A stretch of DNA of 62,892 nt from Caecitellus pseudoparvulus (taxonomy: Eukaryota > Protista > Bigyra: Bicosoecida). Numbering within the stretch: position 1 is the stretch's first letter; the number at the start of each line of letters is the position of its first letter. A model generated the notes under the pieces. It made no database searches, had not been told where the DNA came from, and saw only the letters and a list, made by a program, of their open reading frames with translations. The stretch spans positions 1-62,892 of the forward strand of contig CBFFRQ010000147.1 in NCBI GenBank assembly GCA_965644315.1, given 5' to 3'. Positions 61,701 through 62,892 of the stretch are shown here, one piece after another. Made by a program: the position numbers and the translations under genes.

Positions 61701-62863
61701 GGGCTGGTGGGCGCCCCGGCCGCCTCCGCCTCGACACCACGGGGGCGGTCTTCGAGTTCTTCACGGCATTTAGCTAGAAGGAAGGCTACCTGTTCGTCGA
61801 GGCTGATGTTGTAGTCAAGCGCGGAAGTCCAATCGTACTTGGCAGTGGCTTTCGCGGTTTTCTTCGGTACAGTGGTACGTGAAGCAGCGTTTCCTTTCTT
61901 CGAAGGCCTCACCGACCTGTCGAGCTTGGAGCATTTGCTCGTTGAACTGTGCGGTATGGGTGAAACGCTTTGGGGCGGAGCTGTCGCTTCTGCGTTTGCG
62001 CTGGGAGTGGTCTGATGAGCCGAAGCAGGACATTGAGTGGTCAGATCGGCACGAGCAGTTGTGTCCAGTTCCTTTTTGCTTTCCGTGGGTGATGAAACGT
62101 CATGGCGGATATTTGCCGCCGCCCGTTTAGCAGTGTTTCCAGTGTGTTGCCCGCCTTGCTTCCGGTGCAGGGTCTCCTTGACACTTTGTGTACTGGTTGG
62201 GGTATGTTTGCCACCCGCATTTGGCAATGAAATGCTATGAGTGGTGGTTGCTGCCTTTCCAGCTGAGAGCCCAGGGATGTAAGCTTGACTTGTGCTGGGT
62301 GTGCTCCCTTTTCCTGCGTGTGGCGTTTTCACCCTGGATGTTGGGAGATCGCTTTGAGGGGGAACAGAGATATCTGTTTGCAAGATCTCCTCCCAGGAAG
62401 GGTGTATCACTCTTGGCCCTTTCCGTTTGTCGGGTGCGGAGTGAGGTGCATGATCTTGCCGTGTGTCTGTGCAGTCTTTTACCTTTCCCATATTTCGCTT
62501 CCCTTGTTCGAATGCACGTGCACTTCTCCTTCCACGCCGCCCTCGCTTTGTTGTCTTTGTGCGAGGGTGCCGTGTGTTTCCCCCCGTTTCGCCTGATGGT
62601 GAACGTCTTTGTGCTGTGTCCGTCTGATCAGCATCTACTGATCTGTCGTGGCTGTCAACACCCGTCAGGCAGGGTTCCGCTGTTGGTGTGGGGGATGGCA
62701 GGCCCTTCGCCTGATTCTTTGCAGGTGCAGCAGAGCCTGGTGTGGGTTTTGCTGCCACTGTGCTGCCTGAGGCTCTCCTCTCACCACAACGGTTGGAATG
62801 GGGTGCCGTGCTGCACGTGTGGGGCAGCGTTTCGCTCTCTTCTTCCCCCGTTGCAGGTGCCAC
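52706..62863 (-). CDS. LINE polyprotein (>3385 aa; frame stays open to the window edge): low-complexity N-terminus, 47-aa repeats, putative cysteine protease, APE endonuclease, reverse transcriptase, CCHC finger
   Basis: APE motifs: LATWNT (~57440), VVTEP, VVGVYMP, LGDFN (56888-56899), LDHI, LSDH (56597-56605). RT motifs: YRLI, QAGF, FIDFRKAFDSVDH, GVAQGSVLSPLLF, YADD (54905-54916), GLRVNASKS, YEYLG. C-terminal finger CPLC...HILLDC. Confidence 0.93.
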   Translation of the reverse strand: MAPATGEEESETLPHTCSTAPHSNRCGERRASGSTVAAKPTPGSAAPAKNQAKGLPSPTPTAEPCLTGVDSHDRSVDADQTDTAQRRSPSGETGGNTRHPRTKTTKRGRRGRRSARAFEQGKRNMGKVKDCTDTRQDHAPHSAPDKRKGPRVIHPSWEEILQTDISVPPQSDLPTSRVKTPHAGKGSTPSTSQAYIPGLSAGKAATTTHSISLPNAGGKHTPTSTQSVKETLHRKQGGQHTGNTAKRAAANIRHDVSSPTESKKELDTTARADLTTQCPASAHQTTPSANAEATAPPQSVSPIPHSSTSKCSKLDRSVRPSKKGNAASRTTVPKKTAKATAKYDWTSALDYNISLDEQVAFLLAKCREELEDRPRGVEAEAAGAPTSPALPAEGRRGGTGGQAPAEVEVITTHPGRDRRHPRGVEAEAAGAPTSPALPAEGRRGGTGGQAPAEVEVITTHPGRNRRHTRGVEAEAAGAPTSPALPAEGRRGGTGGQAPAEVEVTTTHPGRNRRHPRGVEAEAAGAPTSPALPAEGRRGGTGGQAPAEVEVTTTHPGRDRRHTRGVEAEAAGAPTSPALPAEGRRGGTGGQAPAEVEVITTHPGRNRRHPRGVEAEAAGAPTSPALPAEGRRGGTGGQAPAEVEVTTTHPGRNRRHPRGVEAEAAGAPTSPALPAEGRRGGTGGQAPAEVEVITTHPGRDRRHTRGVEAEAAGAPTSPALPAEGRRGGTGGQAPAEVEVITTHPGRNRRHTRGVEAEAAGAPTSPALPAEGRRGGTGGQAPAEVEVITTHPDRNRRHTRGVEAEAAGAPTSPALPAEGRRGGTGGQVPAEVEVITTHPGRNRRHTRGVEAEAAGAPTSPALPAEGRRGGTGGQAPAEVEVITTHPDRNRRHTRGVEAEAAGAPTSPALPAEGRRGGTGGQVPAEVEVITTHPGRDRRHTRGVEAEAAGAPTSPALPAEGRRGGTGGQVPAEVEVITTHPGRNRRHPRGVEAEAAGAPTSPALPAEGRRGGTGGQAPAEVEVTTTHPGRDRRHTRGVEAEAAGAPTSPALPAEGRRGGTGGQASAEVEVTTTHPGRNRRHTRGVEAEAAGAPTSPALPAEGRRGGTGGQAPAEVEVTTTHPGRDRRHTRGVEAEAAGAPTSPALPAEGRRGGTGGQAPAEVEVTTTHPGRNRRHTRGVEAEAAGAPTSPALPAEGRRGGTGGQAPAEVEVITTHPGRDRRHTRGVEAEAAGAPTSPIPPAKSTHGEEDVTDAAKAATHHPLAELGVERRDASLSPRGQQGQRGESATARIDHREGEPVTTLITDAEVSDVPTCGTLSPTTKWREDAATGDDDYLQAAHAAVVRASTAFLAATRDLESPIIDLEVSQDSLAPACAGAGEDAAAGPDETLPEIRHPGRTRDHAAWLRDHAGAAATGSRDLPRVLAQEHARTPTLDFRRTPKGHPLHALGLERTFVNATGSSCGQAVLQTLLQDTPNGSMWTTHFRHATILENALRIASCPGPVESMSSAAMSLSPSEAGDTLGPLMSAARAVHMASAHVGPDESWPPRMLLASLVLLVELTNESLALDDSKRAAFAVGLMKSKTDQGHVATLVFDHVNQCTTIIDPDTPDRASWVEVHGPLPETGEPPMPPCLEAMFTVYTCVPASHGREGMVDARLRLACALHGLLRRHPPCRRTWNEEDEMKRAGTPLFLHAHRTYVEAIPRSRRESLPSVVDSFPLWRRKMWQHTLGPWPHVTIQAAMGVVWSMRPASQAMDFVDVVGGHAAPGAATGVLGSTEVPRNSPEGAAGQPCGTWAEGGPVRTRPISVSLATWNTWKSHSMYPELVLSAVESVTPDTAALVLVVTEPGGVGMPSLAQHGMRSYRPPVQQDGGRSEVAMIVDDRLRPRFLPEQESQVDGRCLVVAEVDAVSPPLLVVGVYMPVLRPHSITRKHARVSPPEQGEDHRPGVPPSTGTRDMDVEQVDTGALPDRAEVWAGLELLASRYGPTHQLAFLGDFNCHPGTGGMQFWERMGWSCPGTPKKPASDVGSFDRWTHQHGLLPSPGSGNATHMKYGRCLDHICLSRPVYERAEHGRVVTTFSTGDARSPQDLLLSDHALVHCTVTLHGATAPPGRTRNTRRPVAPFEDPGVFQTSTRVTQYARHAGDRLAQSAKNTQGPRAGTPHIPPSLGHIGRVLHKAACAVFARGRSSRADHGLRPARRKRNQKVAEVRRLRRKLRRLRTHHLEEHPSGDSVARRRALAISSLEVSLRESTLRCRAAHNEVARAKADFKKETASRLRKHINMLAKEHPFTAHQLICRALGRRAGGLAPTGLALQAGQAVTEPAQVVKILHSQMRSVIAQPPSTDLDGLSAAHFEGLLPPISAGSDSGALGEPKIFNFEAVLRATKSLRKHRSSGLSELKAEHWAYAGPDVLRCLAETLQHLVKGDGLLPRELHHGKGVLLAKKGQTPGVASTYRLIVCRSPLSKLVNSVLAFRLEQAVQGLITPQQAGFSRGRGCHEHVFAMLEGPRTALRTATATCSRDIRPKNSPPLAVFAVFIDFRKAFDSVDHRALRVLLDHLPLDRTTRRLLVDFIENASVCIDTEHGMTEAIHATSGVAQGSVLSPLLFKIAVDLVSRALSLNHIPGEGTGEKPTLGVKLLHSKGDPVHTGPRFSHALYADDLGLVVDSADAVIRAITIVRRVGALLGLRVNASKSAIMIMRPTPRLAYRMSRLHVQIVSAKKRLAAESQALTVDGKRIPLTDEYEYLGTPLQAKLFIQHKTARRHAATTLSMAGHSSVAISAAEWLAPSAAHRLLRTSVVAAADYTLAITGKHSLMPNRMCDNAIGSVLDKSVFGFQLHPMRVQHGAVLAAAGIPLTHMRTMRSRIGFIVRTLKQAVVDSPAFKILMVSVWQGRTMVADVPDERVPSALLLEDVAASKHTFYGTGTPWAVRPLLELRLLGYHEGVFGVLAMAARWHDLSGNRDTTALHEEMRSLQKALKLPKNTAQNGPKLFVATSVPVASARFDKLVDFPATFTLRQRLDLLESYLFIARTQRTDMYRETMFLPAEYPGHSPRGEIGDKRVNPTLSPRPHHLDIRARTHAELHPIPSVPCSAWTACHPDRSWLPKVFMLQTQQLLHPGALLTPYIACPLCLDPEIRDAEFILDHILLDCPSVSLERLAFFREAAQNLLDCDEAAKSTAVPRRPTAEALRHPPLRYVTIPESLHTAVQAGCQLDTGTRISCQNTRALLKRLALCGQWPTGAPECADWDHATCAALTAPHMERLRVPVRNSTHLLDQDPVKAAEALEAFAGPLRQKLLPNSGGAADGKSFYWPHEVVAAPPGWTKVLKTCIRYCGAVFDHVVEAQLRGAGVERGQPAADLARRARYTAATPAAWTMPSHLAPGRGGAAEEQESE
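59162..61745 (-). repeat. Coding tandem array within the LINE ORF: 18.3 units of 141 bp (47 aa)
   Basis: Unit RGVEAEAAGAPTSPALPAEGRRGGTGGQAPAEVEV(I/T)TTHPGR(D/N)RRH(P/T); 18 full copies plus a partial copy. Confidence 0.95.
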
Positions 62864-62892
62864 AGAGACTGTGCCCGGCTGAGCTGCCCCCG

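Larger units (their letters stand above)
52500..62892 (-). mobile_element. Non-LTR retrotransposon (APE-type LINE); 5' end beyond the window, 3' boundary uncertain
   Basis: Uninterrupted APE-RT-CCHC ORF, followed by a GC-rich putative 3' UTR and ATTAAA (minus strand, 52500-52505). I see no clear poly(A) tail or target-site duplication. Confidence 0.85.

Noticed and set aside
59093-61814. Two ~890-aa plus-strand ORFs over the 141-bp array
   Set aside because: A very GC-rich unit lacking stops in those frames is repeated. Only the minus frame is continuous with the APE-RT domains.

Overview
GC-rich, apparently intron-poor eukaryotic DNA; a protist, possibly stramenopile-like, is my inference from the gene architectures. 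From left to right: (1) A ~6.8 kb Plavaka/CACTA-type DNA transposon at 1-6823, with imperfect terminal inverted repeats, palindromic GACATAC subterminal repeats, an intact-looking C2H2+DDE transposase and a divergent unknown ORF. (2) A 30 kb uninterrupted ORF for a ~10,000-aa type I membrane protein: signal peptide, C-type-lectin-like tip, dozens of cadherin-like domains (including 23 x 489 bp and 3.85 x 2256 bp near-identical arrays), a mucin-like stalk, an ELWxxDGT-like propeller and a TM helix. (3) A WD40-like/SPRY/EF-hand/TM gene interrupted by a single in-frame TGA. (4) Decayed ankyrin-repeat and membrane-protein pseudogenes. (5) A minus-strand non-LTR retrotransposon whose single ORF (>3385 aa, open to the window edge) joins an 18.3 x 47-aa Gly-Gly/Arg-rich repeat array and a candidate papain/C39-like cysteine protease to APE endonuclease, reverse transcriptase and a CCHC finger. 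The best candidates for new biology are this protease-plus-repeat LINE polyprotein and the giant cadherin-like adhesin. All domain calls were made by eye from motifs; no database search was run.
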